Source: Escherichia phage CLB_P2
Length of the DNA: 64,000 nt
Strand: one strand, 5' to 3'
Sequence record: OL770107
A model generated the notes under the pieces. That model did not search any database and was not told the DNA's origin. It saw only the letters and a program-made list of their open reading frames with translations. The translations under genes and the position numbers were made by a program. Shown here piece by piece: positions 48,025 to 56,218 of this stretch; position 1 is the stretch's first letter; every line of letters begins with the position of its first letter.

Positions 48025-48192
48025 ATGTCAGATAAGATTTGCGTTGTCTGTAAAACTCCAATCGATGCTGCATTGGTTGTTGAAACAGAAAAAGGTCCGG
48101 TTCATCCGGGTCCATGTTATAATTACGTTCAAAGCATGCCTGTTACGGAAAACACTGAAGAACAGCTGAACGAAACCCAATTATTACTTTAG
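48025..48192 (+). CDS. mini-ORF (55 aa) with CxxC...C motif
   Basis: AAGGAG RBS; MSDKICVVCKTPID...PGPCYNY; ends at the bidirectional terminator. Confidence 0.35.
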   Translation: MSDKICVVCKTPIDAALVVETEKGPVHPGPCYNYVQSMPVTENTEEQLNETQLLL

Positions 48193-48222
48193 TCTAGTGT
48201 GTATAGCCATTTTATGGTTATT

Positions 48223-48254
48223 GGCCCTTCCGAAAGGTTGGGCCCTTTTTGTTT
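48223..48254. terminator. bidirectional terminator
   Basis: GGCCCTTCC-GAAA-GGTTGGGCC flanked by T-runs on both strands. Confidence 0.5.
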
Positions 48255-48482
48255 TTAGAACTCTTCTTGCTCTTCGTCATCCATGGATTCTAATTCAGCT
48301 CGTTTACCTGCTAGGGCATCACGAACACTGATATCATCCGAATCTCGAAGTTCAGCTTCTTTACTACGAGTTTTGTAATACTTCTCCAATTCCTTCAAAC
48401 CGTCCATGGTTTGACAAGAACTAATTTTAGACATGAAGCTCTCGATAGAGGCTTCATAGATAACTTCTTTAAAGGACTTCAT
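48255..48482 (-). CDS. UvsW.1-like small acidic protein
   Basis: 75-aa ORF immediately downstream of, and start-overlapping, the uvsW helicase gene. Confidence 0.5.
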   Translation of the reverse strand: MKSFKEVIYEASIESFMSKISSCQTMDGLKELEKYYKTRSKEAELRDSDDISVRDALAGKRAELESMDDEEQEEF

Positions 48483-49975
48483 AAATCCACCTGTTTCATT
48501 ACGTAATTAAATTTCTCGTCAGCATAACGTTGAATACGTTCTAAGGCATGTTTTAATGCATAATTCAAATGAACATATTTCTTTTTAGCATTTGCTGATT
48601 TAGGCTTAACGCCCATGTCGTCTATAATGTCCCAAACTTGTGCTGTTGATTTAGAAGCATGTTTACGGAGCACACGACCTATTGTCTGGAGTACAATGAT
48701 TTTGGATTTTACCGGATGCGCAAATACTACATGGTGAAGGTTCTTAACGGAAATACCGGTAGAGAACACACCGTAACTTGCCACAACAATAATACCCTTA
48801 CCATTTTCCGCCATTACTTTAAGAGCATTACGAGTTTCTGTATTAACTTCACCTGATACGTAATAAACTTCTTTATGTTGCTCTTTAACCATTTCAAAAA
48901 GAGTTTTACCGTGCTCGATGTTTTTAAACATCAGGAATACGTTCTCTTCTTTCTTAGCGAGTTTAACAGCTAAATTAGCAACCCATTTATTACGACGGGT
49001 AGCCTTAGTAATGACTTTAATTTCTGATTGGTAATCTTTACCTTTCATCTTAACAGTGAATTCATCTGGATAACGAAGGAAAATACTGTTTATTTTTAAA
49101 TCAGTGACCTGTCCTTCTTCCATTAACTGTGAAGTGGATACTGGCTTAAACACATCACCAAACAAACCCATATATTGCATTAAATTGGCTTTACCGTCTT
49201 TTAAAGAACCGGACAAACCGAATTTAAACATACAATTGGTAAGGCCTTCGATGATGGTAGAAATTGATTTACCTGTTGCCAAATGGCATTCGTCGTTCAT
49301 AAACATACCAAACTGAGCAAACCATTCTTTAGGTTGTTTAATAGCCGTTTGATAAGTTGAAACATAAATCATTGCATCGGAATCACGAGCAGTACCTGAA
49401 CGAATACCAAGCATAGCAGCTTTAGGGAACAAACGATAATCAATGAAGTCATTAATCATCTGGTCGACAAGTGCAGTAGTAGGAACTAAGATAAGAATTT
49501 TACCTTCATAGTTCTCAACGTAATATCGACTCAGGAGCGCCTGAATCAATGATTTACCTGCAGATGTAGGTAAATTCAGAATTGCACGACGTTTTGTCAG
49601 ACCGTTGTATACGGCTTCATTCTGATACCAATGTGGCTCAATCTTGGTAGAACCTGAATAAATCTCTTGTGAAGCTACCCATGAGTCAAAATCTTCACGT
49701 GAAATATCTTCTTGTTCAAGAATTCGTGGGTCAATCCAAAGAGAGTATTCAAACTGGTCAGCGAATTTTTTAATTTGTGGGACTAGACCATACGGAAGTT
49801 TACGGTTATAATCTAGAAGACGAATTCTCCCATCCCATTGCCCGTAACGGTATTTAGGGTTAAATTTATATCCATCAGCTTCAAAGCTGAAATAGTCTCT
49901 GAGTTCGTAGAAGGTGGATTCATCACACTCAACACGAACATGACTAAAATTATCAAAATGTACTTGAATTTGCAT
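48479..49975 (-). CDS. uvsW: UvsW DNA/RNA helicase
   Basis: 498-aa ORF; Walker A LPTSAGKS, Walker B DECH; N-terminus MQIQVHFDNFSHVRVECDESTFYELRDYFSFEADGYKFNP as in T4 UvsW. Confidence 0.85.
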   Translation of the reverse strand: MQIQVHFDNFSHVRVECDESTFYELRDYFSFEADGYKFNPKYRYGQWDGRIRLLDYNRKLPYGLVPQIKKFADQFEYSLWIDPRILEQEDISREDFDSWVASQEIYSGSTKIEPHWYQNEAVYNGLTKRRAILNLPTSAGKSLIQALLSRYYVENYEGKILILVPTTALVDQMINDFIDYRLFPKAAMLGIRSGTARDSDAMIYVSTYQTAIKQPKEWFAQFGMFMNDECHLATGKSISTIIEGLTNCMFKFGLSGSLKDGKANLMQYMGLFGDVFKPVSTSQLMEEGQVTDLKINSIFLRYPDEFTVKMKGKDYQSEIKVITKATRRNKWVANLAVKLAKKEENVFLMFKNIEHGKTLFEMVKEQHKEVYYVSGEVNTETRNALKVMAENGKGIIVVASYGVFSTGISVKNLHHVVFAHPVKSKIIVLQTIGRVLRKHASKSTAQVWDIIDDMGVKPKSANAKKKYVHLNYALKHALERIQRYADEKFNYVMKQVDL

Positions 49976-49988
49976 GTCTAATTCTCAG

Positions 49989-50010
49989 TTATAAATATAA
50001 TTATATTTAT
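49989..50010. promoter_or_regulatory. divergent late promoters for uvsW and the inh-like gene
   Basis: Plus-strand TATAAATA at about 49989-49996 and minus-strand TATAAATA at about 50003-50010. Confidence 0.45.
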
Positions 50011-50030
50011 ACACCAACAAGAGACTAATT

Positions 50031-50702
50031 ATGGATACTCAATATATTGAAGAGCTTCGTGCACTCGAAGATAAAAAAGAAGCTAAAGCTAAGTTAATCG
50101 AATACGGCGAACAGTTCGGTTTAAAACTTAAGAAAACCCGTTCGTTTGATAATTTGATTATCGATATCTCTGAAGGCCTTAAAGCCCTGGCTGATGAACC
50201 ACTTCCAGAAACCGAAGGTTTGTCTATTTCTGATTTGATTGATGCCGCCGACGAACTCACAGGTGCTAACGAATTTGTTGATGGTGCTGAACCTGCCAAA
50301 GAAGAAGCTACCCTATTATTTGATGCCCCTGAAGCGGTAGTTGAAGTTATTGAGGTAGCCGAACTTCCTAAGGTAGAGATTATTGAAGAAGATGTTCCTT
50401 TTGTCGAAGAGAAATTCAAAGAGGCTGTAGCCGAGGTTATTGAATCTGAAAAACCTGTATTCTCTTTGCCTGAAAACTTTAGTCCTAATCTTTTGCTTAT
50501 TGGTAAAAACCCTGGTTACTGTACTGTTCCTTGGTGGATTTATCAATGGATTTCTGAAACCCCTGATTGGAAAGACCGTCCTAAAGATTTCCAACACCCT
50601 TCTGCCCACCAAACATTATTCAGTCTGATTTATTACATCAATCGTAATGGCTCAGTATTAGTACGTGAAACACGTAATTCATCTTTTGTAACTTTAAAAT
50701 AA
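50031..50702 (+). CDS. inh: Inh-like protein (possible prohead protease inhibitor), positional call
   Basis: 223-aa ORF (T4 Inh about 226 aa) immediately upstream of hoc; acidic N-terminal half; identity by synteny only. Confidence 0.4.
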   Translation: MDTQYIEELRALEDKKEAKAKLIEYGEQFGLKLKKTRSFDNLIIDISEGLKALADEPLPETEGLSISDLIDAADELTGANEFVDGAEPAKEEATLLFDAPEAVVEVIEVAELPKVEIIEEDVPFVEEKFKEAVAEVIESEKPVFSLPENFSPNLLLIGKNPGYCTVPWWIYQWISETPDWKDRPKDFQHPSAHQTLFSLIYYINRNGSVLVRETRNSSFVTLK

Positions 50703-50711
50703 GGGTAAAAT

Positions 50712-52124
50712 ATGGCTTTTACTGTAAGTATAGCCGGCGCTGCGTCTATTAAAATAGGCGAAAGCGCCAACTACACTGCTACCGCAACAGGTGCAGCTGT
50801 AGAAGGAACCGTTACATATGTATGGACCATTGACGGTGCTTCTAATCCGGAGGCAACCAATGTTTTGAGATATACCGGTGCGGCTCCAGCTGGTAAGAAA
50901 GTTTTAAAAGTAGTAGCAACTTCTACTCCGGCCGAAGGCGAACCTGAGGTAGCTGAAAAAACTTTTGAAGTTACCGTAGCTAATAAGACCATGACTATTT
51001 CTTTGGCCTTAGACCCTACTTCCGTTTCTAAAGAAATTGGCCAGTCCCAAGTTGTTACTGCTAACGTGACGGGTGCTCCTGCTGGTGCTACAATTGCTTA
51101 TGTTTGGAAACGTAATACAACTGTAATTTCAGGACAAACTGGTAAAACTATTACTGTAACCGAAGCAGCAGAAGCAAATTACACGTTGAACTGTGAAGTT
51201 ACTGTTACCGCCCCTGAATATGACCCGGGTACCGCTACTAAAGGTGTTGCGGTAACTTTTGTTAAGAAAACTATATCAGGTGCTTCCGTTACTTTAACAC
51301 CAGCCTCAATTAGTACAGAGAAAGGCTCATCTGCACAGTTTAAAGCGGATGTAGTTGGCGCTCCTTCCGGCGTAAATGCAACTTATTCTTGGAAGAAAAA
51401 TGGTTCTATTATTCCAGGCGAAAGCAGTAATATTCTTGCCGTCGATACATCTACAATAGGTTCTTACTCTATTGAAGTTTCGGTACTCCTAAAAGGTACG
51501 GATTATAATGATTTAACCGTTACCAAAACAGGAAGTGTAACAATTACTAAAAAGACTATGGCAGGTGTTTCTGTTAATTTAACGCCTGCTTCTATTACTG
51601 TCTCTGAAGGAATCCCGGCTTCTTTTAAAACCACGGTAGTCGGTGCGCCTAGTGGTGCTACTTTTGCTTATTCTTGGAAGAAAGATGGTTCACCTGTTGT
51701 GGGTGCTACGGATACATTAGTAATTGACACAAGCGCTGAAGGTTCACAGGTTATTGAAGTTTCTGTTGTGGTTTCGGCTACCGACTATAATTCTGTGACC
51801 GTCACAAAATCCGGTAATGTAACAATTACGGCTAAAGTCGCTCCTGAACCAGAGGGCGAACTACCTTACGTTCATCCGCTACCAGTTCGTAATTCAGCTT
51901 ATATTTGGTGTGGTTGGTGGGTTATGGACGAAATTCAGAAAATGACCCTTGAAGGCAAAGACTGGAAAACTGACGAACCTGATAGTGAATATTATCTCCA
52001 TCGTTATACCCTTCAAAAAATGGTAGCCGATTATCCTGAGGTTGATGTACAGGAATCTCGTAATGGTAGAATTATTCACAGAACCGCTTTGGATGCTGGA
52101 ATTATTTACGATTACGTTTATTAA
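50712..52124 (+). CDS. hoc: Hoc capsid decoration protein with four Ig-like repeats
   Basis: 470 aa; four repeats of about 90 aa each with a Y-W-K pattern; C-terminal capsid-binding block IWCGWWVMDEIQKMT...YPEVDVQESRNG as in T4 Hoc. Confidence 0.8.
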   Translation: MAFTVSIAGAASIKIGESANYTATATGAAVEGTVTYVWTIDGASNPEATNVLRYTGAAPAGKKVLKVVATSTPAEGEPEVAEKTFEVTVANKTMTISLALDPTSVSKEIGQSQVVTANVTGAPAGATIAYVWKRNTTVISGQTGKTITVTEAAEANYTLNCEVTVTAPEYDPGTATKGVAVTFVKKTISGASVTLTPASISTEKGSSAQFKADVVGAPSGVNATYSWKKNGSIIPGESSNILAVDTSTIGSYSIEVSVLLKGTDYNDLTVTKTGSVTITKKTMAGVSVNLTPASITVSEGIPASFKTTVVGAPSGATFAYSWKKDGSPVVGATDTLVIDTSAEGSQVIEVSVVVSATDYNSVTVTKSGNVTITAKVAPEPEGELPYVHPLPVRNSAYIWCGWWVMDEIQKMTLEGKDWKTDEPDSEYYLHRYTLQKMVADYPEVDVQESRNGRIIHRTALDAGIIYDYVY

Positions 52125-52128
52125 TAAA

Positions 52129-52148
52129 GGGCCGCAAGGCCCTTATTT
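52129..52148 (+). terminator. terminator after hoc
   Basis: GGGCC-GCAA-GGCCC followed by TTATTT. Confidence 0.55.
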
Positions 52149-52209
52149 AGTTTATGATAATGTTTCGGGAGATTAAGTTATTGACGAATAATTTTTAATA
52201 GGTGGATAT

Positions 52210-52389
52210 ATGAAATTTAACAAAGATATAGGGTTGTTGGTTTTCTTTATAGTGCTGTTTTTGTTTTCGTTAATTTCATTAACTAGTGGGTTGTTTGCTT
52301 CTATATTGGCTCTTTTCACATGCATTAGTTCCTTTTTTGGGATAATAGCTACTATAGATAAAATTTTACATACCAAAAAGGGCCCGTAG
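52210..52389 (+). CDS. small hydrophobic protein (59 aa, two predicted TM segments)
   Basis: Below the ORF-track cutoff; MKFNKDIGLLVFFIVLFLFSLISLTSGLFASILALFTCISSFFGIIATIDKILHTKKGP; sits between two terminators. Confidence 0.3.
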   Translation: MKFNKDIGLLVFFIVLFLFSLISLTSGLFASILALFTCISSFFGIIATIDKILHTKKGP

Positions 52390-52405
52390 GCCCTTTATTA
52401 TTTTT
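52376..52405. terminator. bidirectional terminator
   Basis: GGGCC-CGTA-GGCCC flanked by AAAA and TTTATTATTTTT; overlaps stop codons of both convergent ORFs. Confidence 0.6.
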
Positions 52406-53264
52406 CAGGAGGGACGTAAACTAAGTCTTTCCTTTCTAAGATGTAGCCATTTCTCGACTCTTGTATCTCTACTTCAGGATACTTAGACAAAAGGTCGGCT
52501 ACTTTTTGTAACTCACATTTATACTTGTATGGGCTGTTGTTTATATCCAAAGTCCAATCTTCTCCCAATCTAACGGCTTCTCTTATTTCGTCCCATACCC
52601 ACCAACCTATCCACATATACGATTCATTTCTTCCACCGCCATATGGTAAATAAGCATTAAGGTCGTTATCATATATGAAAGGGCACTGCAATACATCATC
52701 CCTAGGTTTTATTTCAACTAAAAGTTCTTCAGAAGCAGGGATATATGCTCCTTCGCAGGTCGCTATAGATTTTAATGTATAATCTCCAAATTTATCAGGG
52801 TCGTCTATTAATATATCAATATCTTCGTCTTTAGATAATTCTACTCCATCTCTATACCATCTACAAATTCTTTCGGCATAAGTGGGTTCCACTCTACACG
52901 ACGGGCGAAGTGAAACTGTTTCTCCTATATTGGCATATATTAATTCCCTAGAGTTTATATCTAGGACTATTCTTCTTGGAAGGGTACCTATTTCAAGTTC
53001 TATTTCGTTACTCTTTGTTATTTCACCACTTTTCTTATTTGTTATGGTCGCATAAAATGTTCCTGCCGCCGGGAATCCTACTTCCCATAAATTTAATTCA
53101 AAAGGGTCTTCGGTAGGAAGTTGTGGAATATGGACATCGTTTTTATACCAATTAATTTCTACATCATCTAGAGTAGAACCGGGTGGTAATACAAACCCGG
53201 TATAAAAGGTTACTGTCCTGCCAACCAATTCATATCTAGGACCATTTATTTTAAGTACAATCAT
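52398..53264 (-). CDS. second Hoc-like Ig-domain protein with Hoc-type capsid-binding C-terminus
   Basis: 288 aa; Ig-like motifs INWYKNDV and CRWYRDGVEL; C-terminal block MWIGWWVWDEIREAV...YPEVEIQESRNG parallels the Hoc tail; AAGGAGG RBS. Confidence 0.6.
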   Translation of the reverse strand: MIVLKINGPRYELVGRTVTFYTGFVLPPGSTLDDVEINWYKNDVHIPQLPTEDPFELNLWEVGFPAAGTFYATITNKKSGEITKSNEIELEIGTLPRRIVLDINSRELIYANIGETVSLRPSCRVEPTYAERICRWYRDGVELSKDEDIDILIDDPDKFGDYTLKSIATCEGAYIPASEELLVEIKPRDDVLQCPFIYDNDLNAYLPYGGGRNESYMWIGWWVWDEIREAVRLGEDWTLDINNSPYKYKCELQKVADLLSKYPEVEIQESRNGYILERKDLVYVPPEK

Positions 53265-53273
53265 TTAACCTCC

Positions 53274-54779
53274 TTAAAACGTGCTCATATTGGTATGGTC
53301 TTCGACAGAAAATAAAACTTCAACAGGGATATCTGTAGTCGTATTAAGAGGGCCGCCTACAATAAACACAGATACAGTGTAGTATTTTCTAGTATCACGG
53401 TCAAATATTTCGTAACGGTTAAATTGTCTTGCACTAGAATAAGCCAAATCGTCGAATAATTCAGGAGATGATGACCACAACACATTACTCCAGTTGGCAC
53501 ATTCTATTCCGTTTTCATAGTTGGTAAATCTTTTAATATCAAGCCTATTAGTAAGACCTGCATTAGTAGCCCTTATATGGATGCCTACAGATGAGTACAT
53601 GCGAACATGAAGAACCATATTAAGGTCCCACAAACGTATTTCCTTCCACTCTGAAGTGTTCAGAGGCTTATCAAATCTTAAAGAGCCTTTCCAATATCTA
53701 GGTGGATAGAATGGGAAAAGTTTATCATATAAAGATTTTAATTGAGACTGGGTTAAAGAATCGACATCAAATACTGCATCTTTGCCTGGCGCACCTGCAG
53801 GACCTATAGGACCTTGAATACCTTGAGGACCTTGATCGCCTTTTTCACCTTTAGGTCCTGGATTACCTTGTGGACCCTGCGGCCCTTGAGCACCGGGCGC
53901 GCCATCTTCTCCTGGATATCCAGGTCTTCCTTCTTGTACAAACAAATGCCAATAATCAACCCATAGGTCTCCACGGCCTGGATAACTATCATTATTTGCT
54001 ATATTGTCCTGAATACAAATCCAAGAAGACCCTTCGCACTGGACTAAATCATTTACATAATAAGGTGTGCCAGGGTCCCAGTTTCCGGCCCAGATAAACC
54101 CATTACCATCTTGGCCTGGCGCGCCTTGTGGACCTTGAGGGCCGGTTGGGCCTGTTGGTCCTTGAGGACCTGGTGCACCGATATTAGCCAATAGCGCCCA
54201 AACTCCTTCGCTAGGAGGTATTGTTCCTGTATTAGAACTGATGCAAAAATAAGAAGCTCCCTGGTATCCAACTGCATCGTCTTTAGAGTATTGGGTAGAT
54301 TCATCCCAGGCTCCCTTCCACACCAAACCTGCCGGGCCTATAGGACCTTGTGGTCCTTGCGGTCCTACTTCTCCTTGGGCCCCTTGTAAACCCTGAGGGC
54401 CTTCTTTTCCTGGTGAACCCGGGTCTCCTTTAGGACCTTCTGGACCTGCTGGTCCTGGTTCGCCCTTTTCTCCTTTAGGACCCGGGTTACCTTGAATACC
54501 TTGCGGCCCTGGGTCTCCTTTAGGGCCTTGTGGACCTTCAGTACCAGGTGTTAGCATCTCATTAGTTATACCTAAATGGGCCAACGCGCCTTCCCTAGAA
54601 GCTTGTTTTATAAATTCAAGTCCATAACTTTGAGAAGAATCCAACATAGTAGGGTCTAAGGTGCTTTCACTAGTGAGTATGTCTGCAAATTCCAATGATT
54701 TATCCTGCGGAACTTCTACTAATGATACGCCTCTAAAGTGACCTCTACCGTCATGCCCGTATAATGGATTGTCTGACAT
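53274..54779 (-). CDS. collagen-like triple-helix repeat protein with Trp/Tyr-rich interspersed modules
   Basis: 501 aa; three Gly-X-Y blocks (about 24, 9 and 17 triplets) separated by two 50-aa modules (W.GAWD...Y..D.V.Y.G..Y.C...P....W); 180-aa C-terminal globular region. Confidence 0.8.
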   Translation of the reverse strand: MSDNPLYGHDGRGHFRGVSLVEVPQDKSLEFADILTSESTLDPTMLDSSQSYGLEFIKQASREGALAHLGITNEMLTPGTEGPQGPKGDPGPQGIQGNPGPKGEKGEPGPAGPEGPKGDPGSPGKEGPQGLQGAQGEVGPQGPQGPIGPAGLVWKGAWDESTQYSKDDAVGYQGASYFCISSNTGTIPPSEGVWALLANIGAPGPQGPTGPTGPQGPQGAPGQDGNGFIWAGNWDPGTPYYVNDLVQCEGSSWICIQDNIANNDSYPGRGDLWVDYWHLFVQEGRPGYPGEDGAPGAQGPQGPQGNPGPKGEKGDQGPQGIQGPIGPAGAPGKDAVFDVDSLTQSQLKSLYDKLFPFYPPRYWKGSLRFDKPLNTSEWKEIRLWDLNMVLHVRMYSSVGIHIRATNAGLTNRLDIKRFTNYENGIECANWSNVLWSSSPELFDDLAYSSARQFNRYEIFDRDTRKYYTVSVFIVGGPLNTTTDIPVEVLFSVEDHTNMSTF

Positions 54780-54789
54780 AAAATCTCCT

Positions 54790-54819
54790 GTTTACAAGTT
54801 AAAATTCTCATGTTACTAT
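54790..54819 (+). promoter_or_regulatory. early promoter for the small HTH-like ORF
   Basis: GTTTAC, 18 nt, TACTAT in the 70-nt divergent spacer. Confidence 0.45.
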
Positions 54820-54848
54820 TGAATAGTTCAAATCACAAGAGAACTGTT

Positions 54849-55061
54849 ATGGATAAGATTAAAGTACATTTTTTACATGAATCGGGTATGAATTTTATTG
54901 ATATTGCTAAAAAGATTGGCGGAACTGCCAGAGATATGGCTAAAGCTTGGGCCGAAGTTGAGAATGCTAAGGCCAAGTTTAAAGCAAGAGAGAAAGTCGT
55001 ATATCGTAAAAGATTAAACAACAAAAAAGTCAGCGCAAAGCGCGTTTTTGGTCTAAAGTAA
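54849..55061 (+). CDS. small HTH-like basic protein
   Basis: About 70 aa from ATG at 54849; helix-turn-helix-like FIDIAKKIGGTARDMAKAW; lysine/arginine-rich C-terminus. Confidence 0.4.
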   Translation: MDKIKVHFLHESGMNFIDIAKKIGGTARDMAKAWAEVENAKAKFKAREKVVYRKRLNNKKVSAKRVFGLK

Positions 55062-55175
55062 TATGCTTTAAATTTAGGTGTGTTATAATGGGTCTAGGTC
55101 CTTCCGTTAAACCATTTGGCTTGGTGACAGAAGATTACTAGCTCTTCTATTTAATTATATTTATTATGGTGATTT

Positions 55176-56183
55176 ATGTTCAAGAAATATAGCAGTCTGG
55201 AAAACCACTACAACAGTAAGTTTATCGAAAAACTCCGTACCAATGGTTTGACTGGTGGTGAATGGGTAGCACGTGAGAAGATTCACGGAACCAACTTTAG
55301 TTTAATCATAGAACGTGACGCAGTCACATGCGCCAAGCGCACTGGCCCAATTCTCCCTGCCGAAGATTTCTATGGCTATGAAATTGTACTTAAGAACTAT
55401 GCTGATTCTATTAAATCTGTTCAACATCTAATCGAATCCATTAATTATCAGTCATATCAAATTTATGGCGAGTTCGCTGGTACAGGTATCCAGAAGAATG
55501 TGGATTATGGCGATAAAGACTTTTATGTATTTGATATCCGTGTTACTAAAGAAGATGGTACCGAATCCGTTTTAACTGATACCCTTATGGAAGCTTTCTG
55601 TATTATTCATAAGTTTAAGGTTGCTCCGTGCTTAGCCACAGGTAGCTTTGAAGACCTTATTAAACTGCCGAATGATTTTGATTCTGTTATCCCAGATTAC
55701 AATTTTGCAGTGGATAACGCAGGTTTAACCATTGCTAACTCAACCGATTTTATTCCTAAGGTCGAAGGTAAAGTATTTACGGCTGAAGGCTTTGTACTGA
55801 AACCTGATGTTCCTATCTGGCTGCCTAATGGAAATCGTGTAGCAATTAAATGCAAGAACTCTAAATTCAGCGAGAAGAAAAAGTCTGATAAGCCTATTAA
55901 GGCCGCAGTAATATTGTCCCAAGACGATATGGACTTGATGTGGCAATTCACCGATTATGTGACTGTTAACCGTATTAACAACGTTATCAGTAAGATTGGT
56001 GAAGTATCACCTAAAGATTTTGGAAAGGTAATGGGACTGACGGTCCAAGATATTTTGGAAGAGGCAGCCCGCGAAGAATTAGAATTAACCGATGCAGAAA
56101 ACCCTGTTGAAGTTAAAAAGCAGCTTATCGAGTGCGTTAAAGATACGCTACGAGCTGTGTGGATTGAATTAGTATCCAAATAA
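55176..56183 (+). CDS. rnlB: RNA ligase 2
   Basis: 335-aa ORF; adenylation lysine motif [10 protein letters not shown]; near-identical to T4 Rnl2 over the N-terminal 90 aa and C-terminal region. Confidence 0.9.
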   Translation: MFKKYSSLENHYNSKFIEKLRTNGLTGGEWVAREKIHGTNFSLIIERDAVTCAKRTGPILPAEDFYGYEIVLKNYADSIKSVQHLIESINYQSYQIYGEFAGTGIQKNVDYGDKDFYVFDIRVTKEDGTESVLTDTLMEAFCIIHKFKVAPCLATGSFEDLIKLPNDFDSVIPDYNFAVDNAGLTIANSTDFIPKVEGKVFTAEGFVLKPDVPIWLPNGNRVAIKCKNSKFSEKKKSDKPIKAAVILSQDDMDLMWQFTDYVTVNRINNVISKIGEVSPKDFGKVMGLTVQDILEEAAREELELTDAENPVEVKKQLIECVKDTLRAVWIELVSK

Positions 56184-56187
56184 ACAA

Positions 56188-56218
56188 TAAAGGGACCTTA
56201 CGGTCCCTTTTATTTTTC
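56188..56218. terminator. bidirectional terminator between rnlB and the head gene operon
   Basis: AGGGACC-TTAC-GGTCCCT flanked by A- and T-runs. Confidence 0.6.
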
